Shown: positions 12,800 through 27,503, counted from the first letter of the stretch. The stretch is 64,000 nt of DNA from Fimicolochytrium jonesii (GCF_025526975.1 NW_026515670.1:124001-188000), one strand, 5' to 3'. Notes: a model not told the origin generated them from the sequence alone. Made by a program: numbers and translations.

Positions 12800-13416
12800 G
12801 GCAATACACAAGGGCTGTGTCCATTTGACTGTTCCTTGCTTCTCTTTTATCCTTCTGTCGGTGTGAATATTTTATGCCTGAACAGCTGTGCTTGACATTA
12901 CCGTTACTTTCGGTTGTGACAACGGAACGGTTTCCGTCGCACTGAGACCATTCAGCATCAGATAATAAGTCAACAGGTTGTTCTCATCTTCGAGACATAT
13001 TGTGTGCGAAAGTCTTAAGATGCCTGTGTTCTCTGGAAGAGTGGAAACGTTATCGTGCGCAAAGGTGCGACGACACTGGCAATGTCCCAGACGTTCATCC
13101 TTCGGGTCCAGCTTCGGGTCCAGCTTCGGGTCCATGCGAAGCGCGTCTTGCCCTTTCCCATCCCCTGCACAGCACAAGCAGCCTGACAAGCAGCACAGCA
13201 CTGCAGAACATTCGAGCGTGTTTAGCATACACCTCAGCGCAACGTACGGTACGTGTTCAACGTCCTGACGGCCTCAGCCCCTCTTCTAAGCTAGTTCACC
13301 TGAAACCGTCACTAACTATTGGGCACGATCAGACCCTGGATCAGACCTGGAGCCAACGACCACGGCTGAACAGGGAAGGACAATAGCTTCCTGATAGCTT
13401 CTCGGTCGGGGACAAT

Positions 13417-14979
13417 ATGGGGCGCGGACGGCGACAACGAAAGCATGTTGGTCGAGATCTCGACCTGGAACTTGACCTCGATTCGCTGGACGATTTTGAA
13501 ACGGTCATGGGAGAGCTTCTGGCAGTCAAGGTCGAGACTACGGCCGATGACGCCGACGCCACTATGAGCGACAAGCTTGAGACTGAAGACGAGGACGTTC
13601 ACCTGGCAGCTAGATTCTGCAGAAAGTGCCAGCGCAGCGGCATTGACCACAAGTCCGTCAAACTTCATCAGTTGTGCACTGCCCGTTGTTGCCGGTTCAA
13701 CAAGAATCATGGCACGCTGGCAGCCAACTTCTGCAAAACCTGCCGGCGAGACGGCATCGAGCTTACCTCTGTAGAGTATCATCGAACGAGTGTTGCCAAT
13801 TGCTGTCCGTTCAACAAGAAGCGAATCAAGAATGTAATCGAAACCGAGGACAAGAACATGCAGAAATACCACGAGACCGAGAAACGCAAGCCTAGCTCGG
13901 CACAGTTGATGGATCGCCCGGAAGGGAACAAAAAACGCAAGCTGAACTCGACAAAGTCGCCGAAACTCCCGCCCAAAATCAAAAAACACAAGCAGTTCTC
14001 CGCAGTCTTGATGGATCTCCCGCCCGAGATCCTGCGCCAGATATGCCTGTGTGTCTCCGATGGAAGCACGATCGTCAACCTGGCTGTTGTTAACCGTATT
14101 TTCGCCAATCTGCTCGGAAACAAGGATATGCTGTTTTGGGGCGAGTGGGAGAAGCGAAACAAGGTGATTGCTCCTCGCTGGAAAGCCGATAAATTCGAGA
14201 TGATGTCAAATGTCGGCTACAGGCGCTCTCTTGCTTTGTTCTCCCGGAAAGGATGTGAATTGTGCCGAAAACCTGGAATCAAACGCGTGTACGAGATGGG
14301 TCTGAGGTGCTGTCCGGATTGCTACAGGAACTCCACTATTCCTCGGCAAGCTGTGCCTCTTTGCTTGCAAAAGCGCATTGACATAGATGCTGAACGGAAT
14401 CCCTCCCTGCGGTTCATTGGACAGTACTACTGGAGGAAAAGCGTGAATAGCTATGTATCGGAAACCTTCGGACTACCCGACTTGCAAGCGTATGTGAAGA
14501 CACGACGTAGAGAATTGAAGAAGGGCGCTCAAAAGTTCCGGAAACTGATCGCGAAGCACGCATCGCGCACGATGGGAGATCTGACACCCTTTGTTCGATT
14601 ACAATTTCAAGCATTTGCGACCGAGTCATACTTTCACCGCGACGTTGGAAGGGTTATCCCAACTCCGGCATCGACGGGTCTTCACAAAGTTTTGAAGAAA
14701 CAACCGCGTCACGCTTTTTTTGAGGACTTACGCGAGCAAGGGGTGGGAGAAGTCCCCAATGAGCAGGAAATTCGTGATTTCGCTGGATCCAGGTTCAAGG
14801 AAAAAGTCCTCACTTTGGCCAATCGACTCCTCCACTGGAATACACGTCGAGTGCACGAGCCTTTCATTCAATACATGGGAGTTGTGCAGCTGAAGGGCGA
14901 CCCGGACCGATCGGAACGTCATGACTTCACATCGTACAAGCGTGCTCTGCGATACTTGAACGAGCAGCTAATCGGTTAG
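13417..14979 (+). CDS. F-box protein with Cys-rich (putative Zn-binding) segments
   Basis: LMDLPPEILRQICLCV F-box motif and CELC...CCPDC. 520-aa uninterrupted ORF. Confidence 0.7.
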   Translation: MGRGRRQRKHVGRDLDLELDLDSLDDFETVMGELLAVKVETTADDADATMSDKLETEDEDVHLAARFCRKCQRSGIDHKSVKLHQLCTARCCRFNKNHGTLAANFCKTCRRDGIELTSVEYHRTSVANCCPFNKKRIKNVIETEDKNMQKYHETEKRKPSSAQLMDRPEGNKKRKLNSTKSPKLPPKIKKHKQFSAVLMDLPPEILRQICLCVSDGSTIVNLAVVNRIFANLLGNKDMLFWGEWEKRNKVIAPRWKADKFEMMSNVGYRRSLALFSRKGCELCRKPGIKRVYEMGLRCCPDCYRNSTIPRQAVPLCLQKRIDIDAERNPSLRFIGQYYWRKSVNSYVSETFGLPDLQAYVKTRRRELKKGAQKFRKLIAKHASRTMGDLTPFVRLQFQAFATESYFHRDVGRVIPTPASTGLHKVLKKQPRHAFFEDLREQGVGEVPNEQEIRDFAGSRFKEKVLTLANRLLHWNTRRVHEPFIQYMGVVQLKGDPDRSERHDFTSYKRALRYLNEQLIG

Positions 14980-15745
14980 TCATCGGGGATCCCGATCGGG
15001 GTGACGTACAATTGAGGATACATGTCTTGGCGAAAATGAGAACTTCCATGGCGAAATATTGAGAACTTGAGCAACAACGATTGGAGAGGCGCAAGAGGCA
15101 TATCACTGAAAGGGCAAACGAACTAAAATACCCTCCCAAACGATACCCTCGCGCGAGCTTCCTATAAGACGGATGCCGCGCAACTGTCGAATAGTAGTAT
15201 AGGTCCCCATCCCATTTCCCTACCTCAAAGAAACCTATTTTGAGAAACCGGCTGCCGGGATGTGCTTATTGATGATGTACGGCGTAAGGTGCGGGAATCA
15301 AAAAAACAGTAGTTGGAATGATGCCAGAAGTGATGCAGTCTCAAGCTTCTCCTTTGACGGGAACATCCATCTGATATTGAATGGGTGAACTTCTCGTTCA
15401 GGAACAGAAAATGAAAATAGTCTTCCGTAGTAGAAACGTGAAATGACGACTGATTCAAGTTTATACGCGTGCTGTCATCGCTCACTGTGAGTTCAGGCAT
15501 TTCGCACTTTTGGCATAAAGCAAGGACAGTCCCATCCCAACACCAACTACCACCAGGCCGAACCACCGCTAGTACTCTAGCACCGCCTTCTGAGGACGGC
15601 ATACCGGCTCTGCACGCCATGAGCCTAGATCGTGACGACCCCTGTGAGTGACAAGCTCTTCATTCCAACGCAATTCGAATACGAGGGAGGGAAACGAGGC
15701 TTGGAATTTCAAACTCAACACTTGGCTTTTCGAGCCAATACAGAC

Positions 15746-17662
15746 ATGGATTTTATATATCCCGAGGAATATATTGAGAGTGCTCTGTGTGAAGACGTCC
15801 TCGTAGAGGTTACCGCGGAGGATGTTCGGGCAGGGAGAGGTGGGTGACATGGCAATTGCGCTTTTGCGGAAGCAAGTCATTCGACAGTTCGGCCTGGCCT
15901 GACATTGAGTGTCTGTTTGCCAAAGTCGATATGCAAGGCATCGACTGGTCGAAGCTTCCAATAGCGCGGGAGAGGTTTCGCGATTCCCGGGTGAAGAACT
16001 ACGGGAATTTCAAGAATATCCCGACTGTATCTCCCGACATCTTGAAGCGAGAAATCTTGAAGGTTCGGCAGGATGCACAACTGTACCAGTTCCGCCACGC
16101 ATCCCTGCAGAACAAGTGCATGTATCTGCATTTTCAACTGAGGAACTTGTTGTGGGCGACTAGCAAGAATGATGTGTATTACACAAGTGAGTGGCTGGCT
16201 TCTTTGACCAATAGCTGGTCTGCAGTGATCTAATCATTACTCATACATTGTCGGTATCGATTGATTTGTGAACGAAGACAATCTGGGAGTGTGTCACTGG
16301 TGCCCGATCTCCAAAACCTCGCGGATGGCCCTCGATCTCAGCAAGCAGGACTTTGTGGGAATGAAAATCAGCTCGATCGTCGCCAAGAAGGGCTACCTGA
16401 TGGTGGGAGGATTCAGCGGGGAGTACATGCTGCGGAGACTGACGGACGAGTCACCGCCGACGAAAGGATCGTTGACGACGGATTCGAATGGGTTTACCAA
16501 TCATCTGGACATAGAGGAGGCGCGGAGTGGTGGTATGTCGCGATCGAGACAGTTGGATGATGTGATTGACTTCGGAAGCTGATACACGGCGCTCGATTTA
16601 GCTTTGAGCGCCATTGCGTCGAGCAATGACCAACGGATGCGTATGATGGACTTGGCATCAGCGCAGATCGCGAAGTCCTTCTACTTCGATACCCCAGTGA
16701 ATGTATGTCATGGAGCAGTTCATTGTCAGAATGAGTGGGCGGCCGGAAGATTAACCATTCTCTTCGGTTGTCAGTGTGCAGCGCTGAGCCCGGATAAGCG
16801 GATGCTTTGCGTGGTGGGTGACGACCCAGAAACGATCATAGTGGACTCCGAACGGGGACGACGTACGTGCGAACGTCATGCTCACGGACATTCCTGACAT
16901 CGCAAGCTGACAGTACACTCTCACAGATCTGGCGACCCTGACCGGCCACCTCGACTACTCGTTTGCCTGCGCATGGTCCCCATGCGGACGCGTATTAGCG
17001 ACCGGCAACCAAGACATGACAACTCGAATCTACGACACGCGAAACATGTCGCAAACATTATCCGTCTTATCTGGTCGGATGGGGGCAATCCGATCCATCC
17101 GATTCTCTGACGATGCCCGATTCATGGCGTTTGCAGAACCTGCGGACTTCGTTCACATTGTGGACATGACACGTCTGCCGGAGGGACCTATTGAGAGTTG
17201 GCAGCCGGTTTCGGACGCTGCACCGCTTCCTCGATCAGCAAGCTCACATAGGCTACGGACGCCAGGTTCGACTGACCTGCACGACACCGAGGACGAAGAC
17301 GGCGACGCAGAGGAGAAAGAGCCCACCGCAGTGGGCTTCATGCAACGACCGCCCGGGGAAATATATCGGAGTCAGGTGGTCGACTTTTTTGGAGAGATAG
17401 CGGGGATAAGCTTCAATCCAGGCGGAAATGGTGACGGAGCGGACGAGCTGTTCATTGGGATTGCCGACTCGAAATATGGGTATGTTGAATGGCCATTTGA
17501 CCCAGATGTGTTGGTAAGGCGACTATGTATTCAACCGACTGTTGCACTTCAAAAAGGTCTATTCTGGAATTGCAACGCGATCGGGATACTTTCTACCGAT
17601 GGACAGCTGTCAGCAACTCCCAACCCTCATACGACTCGTATGATCCTGAAGTCCTTCTATGA
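15746..17662 (+). CDS. WD40-repeat protein (DUF2415-type family), multi-exon
   Basis: DMQGIDWSKL, HFQLRNLLWATSKNDVY, GHLDYSFACAWSP, GAIRSIRFSDDARFMAFAEPADFVHI, QVVDFFGEIAGISF. Confidence 0.85.
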
Positions 17663-18493
17663 AAGGCTGAATGCCGTCGTTTCTTCGACTTCCCAAGCAT
17701 CGTCGCTCCTCTCGGAAGCAACGTGGCACATCGGCACAGACCCTCCGTTCTGCCATTGTTGATATCTTCTTCTTCAGCGTGAGCTATCCTTAGAGTCCGG
17801 ATGCATTCGACGTTGCGGATCTTTCGAGCTCTCGGCACGCGAACGCCGAACGGCACTATCCTCCCAAGCCATGCAGTAAGCATTTACGTCTCCCCATAGG
17901 CAAAAACATCATCGGATGGAGGACGACTTGAGATCGGCACGAACCGTCGCTTGCACCCAGATGCATATACCCAAATCACACCACCTTTCTACCGACCACG
18001 CAAGTCCCCATCCCCAAGTCCTCGCTTTTTGGATCGTTTTGGCTCCACCGAAGCTATGCAAAGGTCAACGCATCGATGGACCTGTTGGAAGCACCCTTCC
18101 CTCTCTCTCTGACATTTTTGGCATATATCCTTCTCCGGTCTTCCTGCGGCTGCCCCGTGGTGGAGCTGTCTTCATTCCGCCTGCCGCACGACCGCTATTT
18201 CCCGCATCTGCAATAGTTCCTTTTTGCCATCTTGCGTATTATCCCGCACGTGTATTACACCATCCCCACTTTTTTGGCACTCAAAATGTACATATGTATA
18301 CCCCCGTGCTGGTTGCGCACTTGGACGTACTGTACGCTTCATGCTTTCATGTTTTCGAACGCGTTGGGAGAGGTGGTCTTTGCGTCCCCATGTGCAGGAT
18401 GGGCAACAGGTCAGCGATCACGGTCGCAAAGCCCCAGTTCCACACAGCTTCCTTCAGATCCCACTACCGCCCTCCAGCTTAATTCAGCCTTCC

Positions 18494-20587
18494 ATGGCGG
18501 ACCCCACAGCACTAGCAGCAGAAGTCGCCCGTCTCCAGAAAGAAAACGACGAGCTCAGGCGTCAACTTGGTGCCGCCGCAACTCCGCCAACACATTCACA
18601 GCCGTCAGCGCACACCCCTCCCAACCTTCCGCCACATCCGCAACGAGACCGGCTGAACAATGCCGAAATTGCCCGGTTTAGTCGGCAGCTGCTTATGCCG
18701 GAGATTGGGGTGAAGGGTACGTGCGCATCTGTGCGTGGCTTCTGTGATCTTGCAACCCACGCGTGAATCACGACGATACCAGGACAACTCGGTATTCGCA
18801 ATGCTTCTGTACTAGTGGTAGGCGCGGGTGGTCTCGGGGCGCCTGCGGCGATGTATCTGGCGGCTGCGGGGATAGGTAGGTGAGCCCTGGGCATGCTCAT
18901 TATCTGGAAAGCCTTACGGTGCTAGGTCTCCTGCGTCCGTTGCTGGCAGTTGACAGAGGTTCCATATTTAAGGGCGACTGGGGATAGTAGATTACGACGA
19001 CGTGGAAGCGAGTAATCTGCAGCGCCAGATCATACATGATGAGACGAAGGTTGGGGTGCTGAAGGCGGAGAGCGCGAGGGAGACCATCCAGAGGTGAAGA
19101 TCAGACGAGGTTTATGCGTCTCGACGCCTTTCAGGACTGACGCTGATAGACGGGTCTCCTTTTCACAGGCTGTCTTCTCTATGCGATTGCGTGCCATACA
19201 ACGTGCTGCTGGAAAGCTCCAACGCACTGGATATCATCAAACCGTGAGGATCCCACCCATTCGCATACATGAACCCGCTCCGTCCGCACATCACTCAAAC
19301 CTCGCTACTCCCAAAGCTACGACTACGTCCTGGACGCAACGGACAACGTGGCGACACGATATCTTCTCAATGATGCCTGCGTCCTGCTCGGCAAACCGCT
19401 CATATCAGGCAGCGCCTTGAAGATGGACGGCCAGCTGACGGTGTATAACCTCGATGGCGGGCCGTGCTATCGTTGCTTGTTTCCGAAACCGCCGCCGGCT
19501 GAGACGGTCACTAATTGTAGTGATGGCGGCGTCTTGGGTGTAGGTGGGTGTGGGTGGCGTTAGGTTGCTGGGGTGTCACAGCGGTTGTCGTGATGGAGAT
19601 GGGACTAGGTGGACTGATCTGGATCCTTTGCGCTTTGAGAACAGTACCGGGAATAATCGGTTGTTTGCAAGCGCTTGAAGTGATCAAGATCGCTAGCGGG
19701 ATAGGAGGTGAGTTCCACCCCCACCCCACCCTCCGCTAAGGTCCTCTATCCCGAAATTCACACAAACTTTCTCAGCAACATACTCTCAAAGGCTCCTCAT
19801 CCTCGACGCCGTCCTCGGCACCTTTCGCACCATCCGCCTGCGTGGAAGGTCGCCCACTTGCGCTGCTTGCGGCGAGAACCCGAGCATAACGGAGCTGATA
19901 GACTACGTCCAGTTCTGCGGGGCTGGCCCGCATGATAAGGTACGTGTGTGTTGCAATGTCAACCCATCATCTCTTGTGCATATAAGTCAACCCTTGTACC
20001 CTATTCATCTCGTCTCATTCGCTGTTCGGTATACAGGCGCCAAACCATCAGATCATCGCTGCAGCAGAACGTGTATCCTGCCAGGCCTACGCATCGGTGA
20101 TGCAACAGGCGACGCCGCACGTGTTACTGGACACGCGGCCGCCTGGCGAGTTTGAAATTTGCGCATTGCCAAATTCGATGAGTATGTGATATTCTGTCAG
20201 GCGTTCCCTTCTCCACGACCTTCCGGCTTGGTCGGTTGTTCGCTCGTTATGTATTGACTGGACACTTGCCCAACCAACATAGATATACCTTTCACAGACC
20301 TCGCGAAACGCATACCAGATATTCAGCAGGCAGCAAACAGGCCAGAGAACGCGGCATTCGCCCTTCCTAGTAAGTCAAATCCAATTCCAGAGCAAAGGTT
20401 ACCCTATCCCTCCTCCCTGACATGGCACATCTCTACAAAAACAGTCTACATAATCTGCCGCCGCGGCAACGACTCGCAACTCGCCGTGCAGAAGCTCAAA
20501 CAGGAAGGGTTTCAGGATGTCAAGGATATCGTTGGCGGGTTAACTGCGTGGACGAGGGAGGTTGATGGGGCCTTTCCTGTTTATTAG
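18494..20587 (+). CDS. UBA4: Adenylyltransferase/sulfurtransferase Uba4/MOCS3, multi-exon
   Basis: [49 protein letters not shown], rhodanese [13 protein letters not shown]-terminal FPVY. Confidence 0.95.
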
Positions 20588-20860
20588 GGTTTACTGGAAG
20601 TGGGTCCGAGATAGAATATTAGGATAGGTAGGATAGGGCATTAGGGTGTCTTGAAAGGGATAGAGGCCCGGGTGAGAGATGGGGGTTGGGGCTCTTTATG
20701 CATATGATGCTTAACTACATATACAGACTACGGTCCGCCGAGACGTTGCCTTTTACTGCCGTTGATTCGCGAATCCATCAGATTTCGAGTGACTAGGGCG
20801 GAAGGTTCCCCTGGAAGTGCTAGACTGACGTTGTACTCAGAGCAGCTTCATAAAAATCCT

Positions 20861-23800
20861 TCAGTCAATCGTGAACGCAGCACGCAGCCGGTCCATCTTG
20901 GCGCTCATCCGCTCTTTTTGACGGTCCAGCTCGCCAAGAAGCATCCGCATTTCTTCCTCATGAGTCTTTCGCTGTGGTTAGACAAGGAGCCGACGAACGT
21001 TGGTAAGGCCATGAATTGTTCGAGGTGCTCACTGGGATGGGGAACTGGGGAACGCGGGGACCTTACCTGCTTTGCTGCAGCCTCGACTTCCTTCTGCAGG
21101 CCTTGCATACTCTGCAGCATCACCTCGCGCTCTCGCTCCAGCGCCGCTAATCGTGACGTCTGTGCCTGCATCAAATCCCATTCTCAGCACTTTGACCTTC
21201 CAGGGACAGCTAGGCAGGGGCCTAGTAAAAATGTACCTCATGATTCAACCTCATCTCCAAATACCCATGCTCCATCTGCTTCAATGCATCCTCCTTCTCC
21301 TGCTTCCAATTCTCCTCCTTGGTCTTTAACACTTTCCGTATCCGCGCAACCTCCTCCTCGATCATGTGGATGCTCTCGTTCCGCTCCTCGAGCCGTTTGG
21401 TGGCTTCGGCGAGATCTTTGCGGAGCGCGTTGCGTTCGCCTTTGTAGTCGTCCACGAGGGTTTGGAGGTGGTCGATGAGTTGGTTTTGGGATTCGATCTA
21501 CGTCGATGGGTGGTCAGGATCGGTGGTCTATGTCGGAACCTAGCACAATTACTCACTTCTTGTTGCATATCCTTCCTAATCGCCTTCTCAGCCTCAAGCC
21601 GATCCTCCAGTTCGTCGGTCCGTTTCTCTGTATCGGCTAGAAGCTGCTGGTGTTCGCGGCACTTGTTGTCCAGATTTTGCTTTAAGGATTTGATGGTTTC
21701 CATCTGATCATCGAGCATCTTGTTCTTCACGCGCAATGCCTAGATGAATCTTTGTGAGCCATGAAGTGGCTGATATGCAATGCTGTGATGCATACCTGTT
21801 CGTGGGATGCGCTGGCTGCCACGGCTGTTTCGGACTGGGATGTGATGCGTTCGATTTGCTGTTGGAGATTCGTGATCTGAGAGAGAATGCGTCAGACGAC
21901 TGGTTCTCCACGTCCAAAATGGCGTGCGTAACACAAGACAAACCTCACGGTTCTGTTTTGCAATATTCTCTTCGAATGCACTCCTTTGTGCAATCCATTC
22001 GCTCTGGGCTTTGGTCAGGTCGTCCCGCGATTGCTGTGCAGATTTCAATTGACTTTCGAGTGACCGTACTTTTTCCTAAGGCGCAATCCTGGTCAAATGT
22101 CTCATGCCGACCGCCTGATTCCTCCGCCTAGCGAACGGACCTCAAACACATCAAACGACAATGTCTCCTGCTTTTCGAGCTCAGCGAGTTTCGCTTTCTG
22201 CTCTTTGACGACCAGTGTGAGCTCTTGAATGATGCATGACATTTCCTTTTCTTTGTCAGTGGCCAAGTCCAAAGCCTGCCGTTTCACGTGCCTTAGTCGA
22301 TCAGATTACGCAGGCCTCTCGTCTGTTCGATCGTACCTTTTCCGTCTTGGCCAACCGCTCAGATGCCTCATTGTACGCAGCCTGAAGACGAGATTGGCGG
22401 GATTGCTCCTCTGCAAACAACGGCGGTCTGTTAGCACTCCTTCGGGTGGTCGAGCAAAATCGGTTTGCCTACCTCGCATCCTCTTTCGATACTCCTCTTC
22501 CAGGACGCCGTACGCATGCTTGGTGCTTGCCAGCTGCTTCGAAACGGCATCAAACTCGTCGCGGTGCTTGGTGATCAAGCTCTTCGTCGTGTCACTAATG
22601 GCCGTCTTCAGTTCGTTGTTGAGTGTGCTGGCGAGAGACCGAGCAGTGAGAATCCAAAGGACTCTAACACAGTATGATTTCAATCATACTGCGCACTCAC
22701 GAAGACAACTCTCTGATCCGCTGCCCGCTCTCAGACTCTTTATTGGCCAGCTGCTGTTGAACGCTCTGGAGGTGTTTCTGCAATTGTTTGACGGTAGATT
22801 TGTACACGTCCAACTCGGCGTTCGACTGTATGGGAACCGGCGTGAGCAGAATTTTCGAAGTCATATGAAATATGTGAGCAGCCATACCTCAGCGACTCTG
22901 ATTTTAGACTCCTCTCGCTCTTTGATCAAACGCATGGATAGTCGAGACTTGGACTCCTCAGCCGCCTGCAGCTGGTGTTCCAAGTTGAGCAACGCGCTCT
23001 GAAAGGTTCAATCGATTAGTCTCCGCTTAGGCATTCCAGAACGGTATCTTGCCAGTATGGTATTTACCTTATCGTCATTCACGACGTCCTTTGCAAGGTC
23101 TAGCTTCTTCTTATGGCTCGCTAGTTGCGATTCGAGGGATGTCTTGTCTGCTTTGAGGATCTTAACGTCGTTCGTCATGGTTGCTATTTGGACCTGCATT
23201 ACAACCAAATTTAGCATCTGCGTCCCGTAAGCCAGACCACGCTGACAGTACGACATTTACCTTCTGAGACTTGACGACATTCTCAAGTGACTCCATCTTC
23301 TGATCTGATTCCTTCGCTTTCGCTTTAAGTTTCGCGTTTTCTTCTTGTAAGATTCCCATCTGATTCTGAGCATCTTTCTTGGGTTCGAGCTGCACGGCCG
23401 GCATATCAGTACACTTGTGAAGCCGCAAAAGGTCACATCTCCAGGATCACATACTTCCTTCTTCAACTCGCCGCACTCCGCCTCCGCTTTACTCCGCAAC
23501 TCGCGCTCGGTCTTCACCTCCTCCATCAGCGCTTTGATCTGTTCCGCGTACTTGACTTCATTGGCTCGCAAGCGTTTTTCTTCCTCTTCCAATGCGCTGA
23601 TGAGTTTTGTGTTTGCTGGGAGAGTGATGGCGGCTTTCTTCTTAGTCGTGGCGTCGGACACCGTGCTCGCTTTTTGGCTATAGAAGCCGAATAGATGCTC
23701 AGTCCCTATTGAACCGTATAAGAGTGCCCTAAAAGAGTCAGACCAGCGTACCCATGGGAAACTCGACTTTTAGGAATGAGAGAGTCTGATTTCTCGGTTC

Positions 23801-25616
23801 TCGCACTTGGCCACACTCCCCGCCCTTTTGTTGATGTGGTGCAATCTGAGCCGTCACTGGTCACCATAAAGATTATGAGCGCATGGCTTTGTAACATGTA
23901 TTGTTTACGGGAATACACCTGTACCTTGACTGCTCGTCGGGATCTTCATTCTCGACATTGGCATTCCGGTGGGTTGCCTATGAGGATCTGATTTTCAACT
24001 TTGCTACGCCAGGGCCATGTAAAGGGAAATACGCTTAGGCACCTACCATCGTTGCGTTCTTTCGACTCTGGACTGCAACCGGAGGACTTTTCTCCCGGGT
24101 TCTGGTGACCTTCGGACCTGAGCGAGCTTTGCCGCCACCCACAGGTGACTGCCTCCCACTCCTCCGTTCCTCATCCCCATTCGTCCTCGATTTCTTCTCA
24201 GCAACTATCTGCGATAGCGCAGCCAGCTGTTTCTCCATCCTAGCCAAGGCGTCCACGTTTGCGTTCGACACCGGTTTGGCGCCGTTGTGCTCGCGAAGCT
24301 GGGCACCCTTTTTTGGCGGATCGTCTCGTCTCAGGAAGGCGCGCATCTCTTCGTAGGCGGACCGCAGGTGGGCGATGTCGGAGGACAGTTTGGTTTCGAG
24401 ATGGGTTGGCCGCCGGTCGAGGGAGGCCATCAAGGCTTCTACTTGGTTTTGGAGGTGTAGGACCTGCTTGTCGCGATATTGGGTTCGATCGTCTTCGGCG
24501 GGGAACCCACGAGGGGCATCCCAGATGTTCCCCGAAGCAAACCTGTATTGAGGACCTGATATGAGAGCAGCGCTGTGAGAACGAGTGAATTAGACACCGA
24601 CATGTACCCTTCAGGGGTTGCCGCTGATGCATGCTCTTGATACTCTGACGTCCCGTCTAGCAGCGGTTCCACTATAAAGACGAGCGTCAAGTCAGATGCA
24701 AAGACTCGACATCTTAAAGGCATCTGTGACTTCTTACCCGTGACAGGCAATCCACTTGGCGAATATCCATCCACGGATTCGAGAAGCGGAAAGACATCGA
24801 ACACCATCCGCGGCGAATACCGAGCAGACGCACATATTGGATTGACCCTCGAAATCACACTTTCGCTATGCAACACCAAATGCCGTAACGACTACATAAC
24901 GCCACAATGCGTGAGCTCAGCCTCGATGACGCCCAAAGCGCTTTTCCAGCGGCGCTCTGACTCACCGTACAACCCCTCAGGTCGTCAAGCGTGTTGATAT
25001 CATCAATGCGATTGCCCTTCACATCCAAGATCTCCAAGGAATAGCGGTTTCCACGAATCACCTGAAAGCCGTCCAAGTTTTTGATTTGGTTGAAGGAGAG
25101 ATTGAGTGATCGAAGAGCATACAACGACTTCAAGCCCTCCACCCGTCGAATCTGGCATCAAAACAGCTGGTCAAAACCTTCCCGCTCTCTTGCTCAAGGA
25201 AAGACATGATTTGTGTATAGATGATATTTACTTTGTTATTTGACAAGTTCAGCTCTACCAGGCCAGGGGTCGCCTCCAGTCCCTTCATGCATTCTATCTA
25301 CAATCAGCAATAAACAGACGTATCAGTCTTCTCTCTGCTGCTATCCCACGGGCCACTATAATATGCAACGCGTATCCCAACGCCAGAACCGGCGTACCAG
25401 GTTGCTCGAAAGATCAAGAGAAGTTAGGGAAGTAAAGAGCCCCAAGACATCGGCCTCGATCGTTCTTAGAAGGTTGGAATGCAGATACAGGCCGTGAACA
25501 AGGTGTGGGTTGAAAGTGCGGTTGTTTCCGCTGGACGATCTTGCGCGATCTTGCAGGCGGGCGTAGAGGTCATTGAGGGACTTCAAAGAGCCGTTGAGGT
25601 CTGAGACGTAAGACAT
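20861..25616 (-). CDS. LRRCC1: Leucine-rich repeat plus coiled-coil protein, LRRCC1/VFL1-like, many exons
   Basis: N-terminal SDS22-like LRRs (LYLHSNLLRTI, LTSLDLSSN, LRSLNLSFNQIKNLDG), then a long heptad coiled coil ending EEMRMLLGELDRQKERMSAKMDRLRAAF. Confidence 0.75.
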
Positions 25617-25876
25617 TGGGTGGCCAAGGTCCTTCTTTCCGTCCGTGAGAGCTGAAAGTCTACTCGAGCATGCGCCAAATGGCCAAAAGGCAGTCCCCAA
25701 GTCCGAAACGGAGGCCAAAGGCCTGTCAAAGGCGAACGCGAAACTTGGGCAAAAAGGGCAAAAGGGGCAAAACCATTTGGTCATTTTCCCACAGCGCACA
25801 TCCCGACCAGCATCCCGACGGCCGACGCAAACGAACGAAGTCACTCCCGTTTACTTTGTACTCATAGCCAATAAAC

Positions 25877-27503
25877 ATGGGCAAACGAACCCACGACCAA
25901 GTAACCGTCTCCGTCAACGGCGAGGACGGCCCATCCAGCAAGAAAATAAAAGCAACAGACTCTGCACCGGTCACCAAACCCACAAACGGCTCGGCGCCTG
26001 CGACAATAACGAAAGATGAGGCGGACCTGTATGATAGGCAAATTCGACTATGGGGACTCGAGGCTCAACAGCGGTTAGTGCAACTTTCCGTGGCATGTCG
26101 GTGAATTTTGGTATGGTGCTAAGCCGACATCACCCCGTTTAGGATGCGGCAGTCGAGGATCTTGGTGGCAGGCGTGACCGGGACAAGTAACGAGATATTG
26201 AAGAACCTTGTTCTCTCTGGAGTTGGAGCGTTGACGATTCAGGAGAGCGAGAGTGTGGAGGAAGAGGATTTGGGTGCTCAGTTTTTCTTAAGGGAGGAGG
26301 ATGTTGGCGAAAACGTAAGCCATTGGCTGCATGTTTGCGAAAGGCGATGTTTCGGGGTGGGCTTGGGACTTCAAATCTAAGGGCGATCTTTAGCGTGCAG
26401 AGGCCGTCGCACCACGGGCTCAGGCGCTCAATCCCCGCGTGCATGTGAAAGCCATCACCACTCCGCTGGCGAACGTTCCAGATTCCTTCTTCACCGAGTT
26501 CGATATCGTGTGCCTGTGCAATGCTACCCTGAGCCAGCTGGTATGAAGGAGATGTCGAGCGATACCTTGACAACGAAAAGAGGTCCTGACGTGCTTCGAA
26601 TTGCAGAAACGAGCAGACAAGATATGTCGCAAGAATGGCGTCAAGTTCTACGCCGCAGATACCAACGGCATCACCGGGTTTATCTTCTGCGACTTGCGAG
26701 AACACAACTACGTCGAGTACGTCTCCACTATATTCTCCTCTACCTGTGGAACATTCCTCTCATCTGTCAAATCTCACTGCTAGAGAACGCAAGACAACAC
26801 AAAAAGACGAAACCACAATAACCCGCCTAGAAAAATCCATCACGTTCCCGAGCCTAGAGGAGGCGTTATCCATTGACTGGGCTACCTCCGATCTTCAAAA
26901 GCTGAAGAAGAAAGAACTCAAACACTTCCGTGCCCGAGCAGACCCTGTGTTTTTCGCCTTCAATGGTCAGCTCCTTGCTAAACTCTGTTGTTTCGTGACG
27001 CACGCTGATGCATAACATCTGTTCGCAAACAGCGTTATGGCAGTTCCGCGAACGGTTTCAAAGGCCACCACGCGCGGACGACGCCGCTGATGTCAAGGGT
27101 TTCATAACGGTAGCGCGTGAGGGCATGGAGCGGGTACATTGTGATCCCGCTTTCCTTGAGGAGGACTTCTTAAAGTACATTGAAGCTCCCTACATTTTCC
27201 TCCTCCTTGCCAAACCATCATGAACCTAACCGCTCTCACCACCCCCGCAGATCATTCATCGCCCAAACCGGCTCCGAAATCTCCCCCGTCTGCGCCATCA
27301 TCGGCGGCTTCGCCGCACAAGACATCCTCAAAGTCCTCTCGGGCAAAGACGCCCCCATCGACAACTTCTTCTGCTTTGATGGGGAGCTGTTTAAGGGGAA
27401 GATGATACGTGTTGCGGCTTCTGCTGCGGAGGTGCCTGTGGGGAAGGCGGCTGGGGAAAGTGCGACGACGGGTGGTGAGGAGGTTTTTGAGTTGTTGGAT
27501 TGA
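25877..27503 (+). CDS. AOS1: SUMO-activating enzyme subunit 1 (Aos1/SAE1), multi-exon
   Basis: EADLYDRQIRLWGLEAQQR, EILKNLVLSGVG, DLGAQFF, SPVCAIIGGFAAQDILKVLSGKDAPIDNFFCFDG. Confidence 0.93.

Noticed and set aside
13101..13135. (CTTCGGGTCCAG)x3 short tandem repeat
   Set aside because: Real but tiny and intergenic, with no supporting context.
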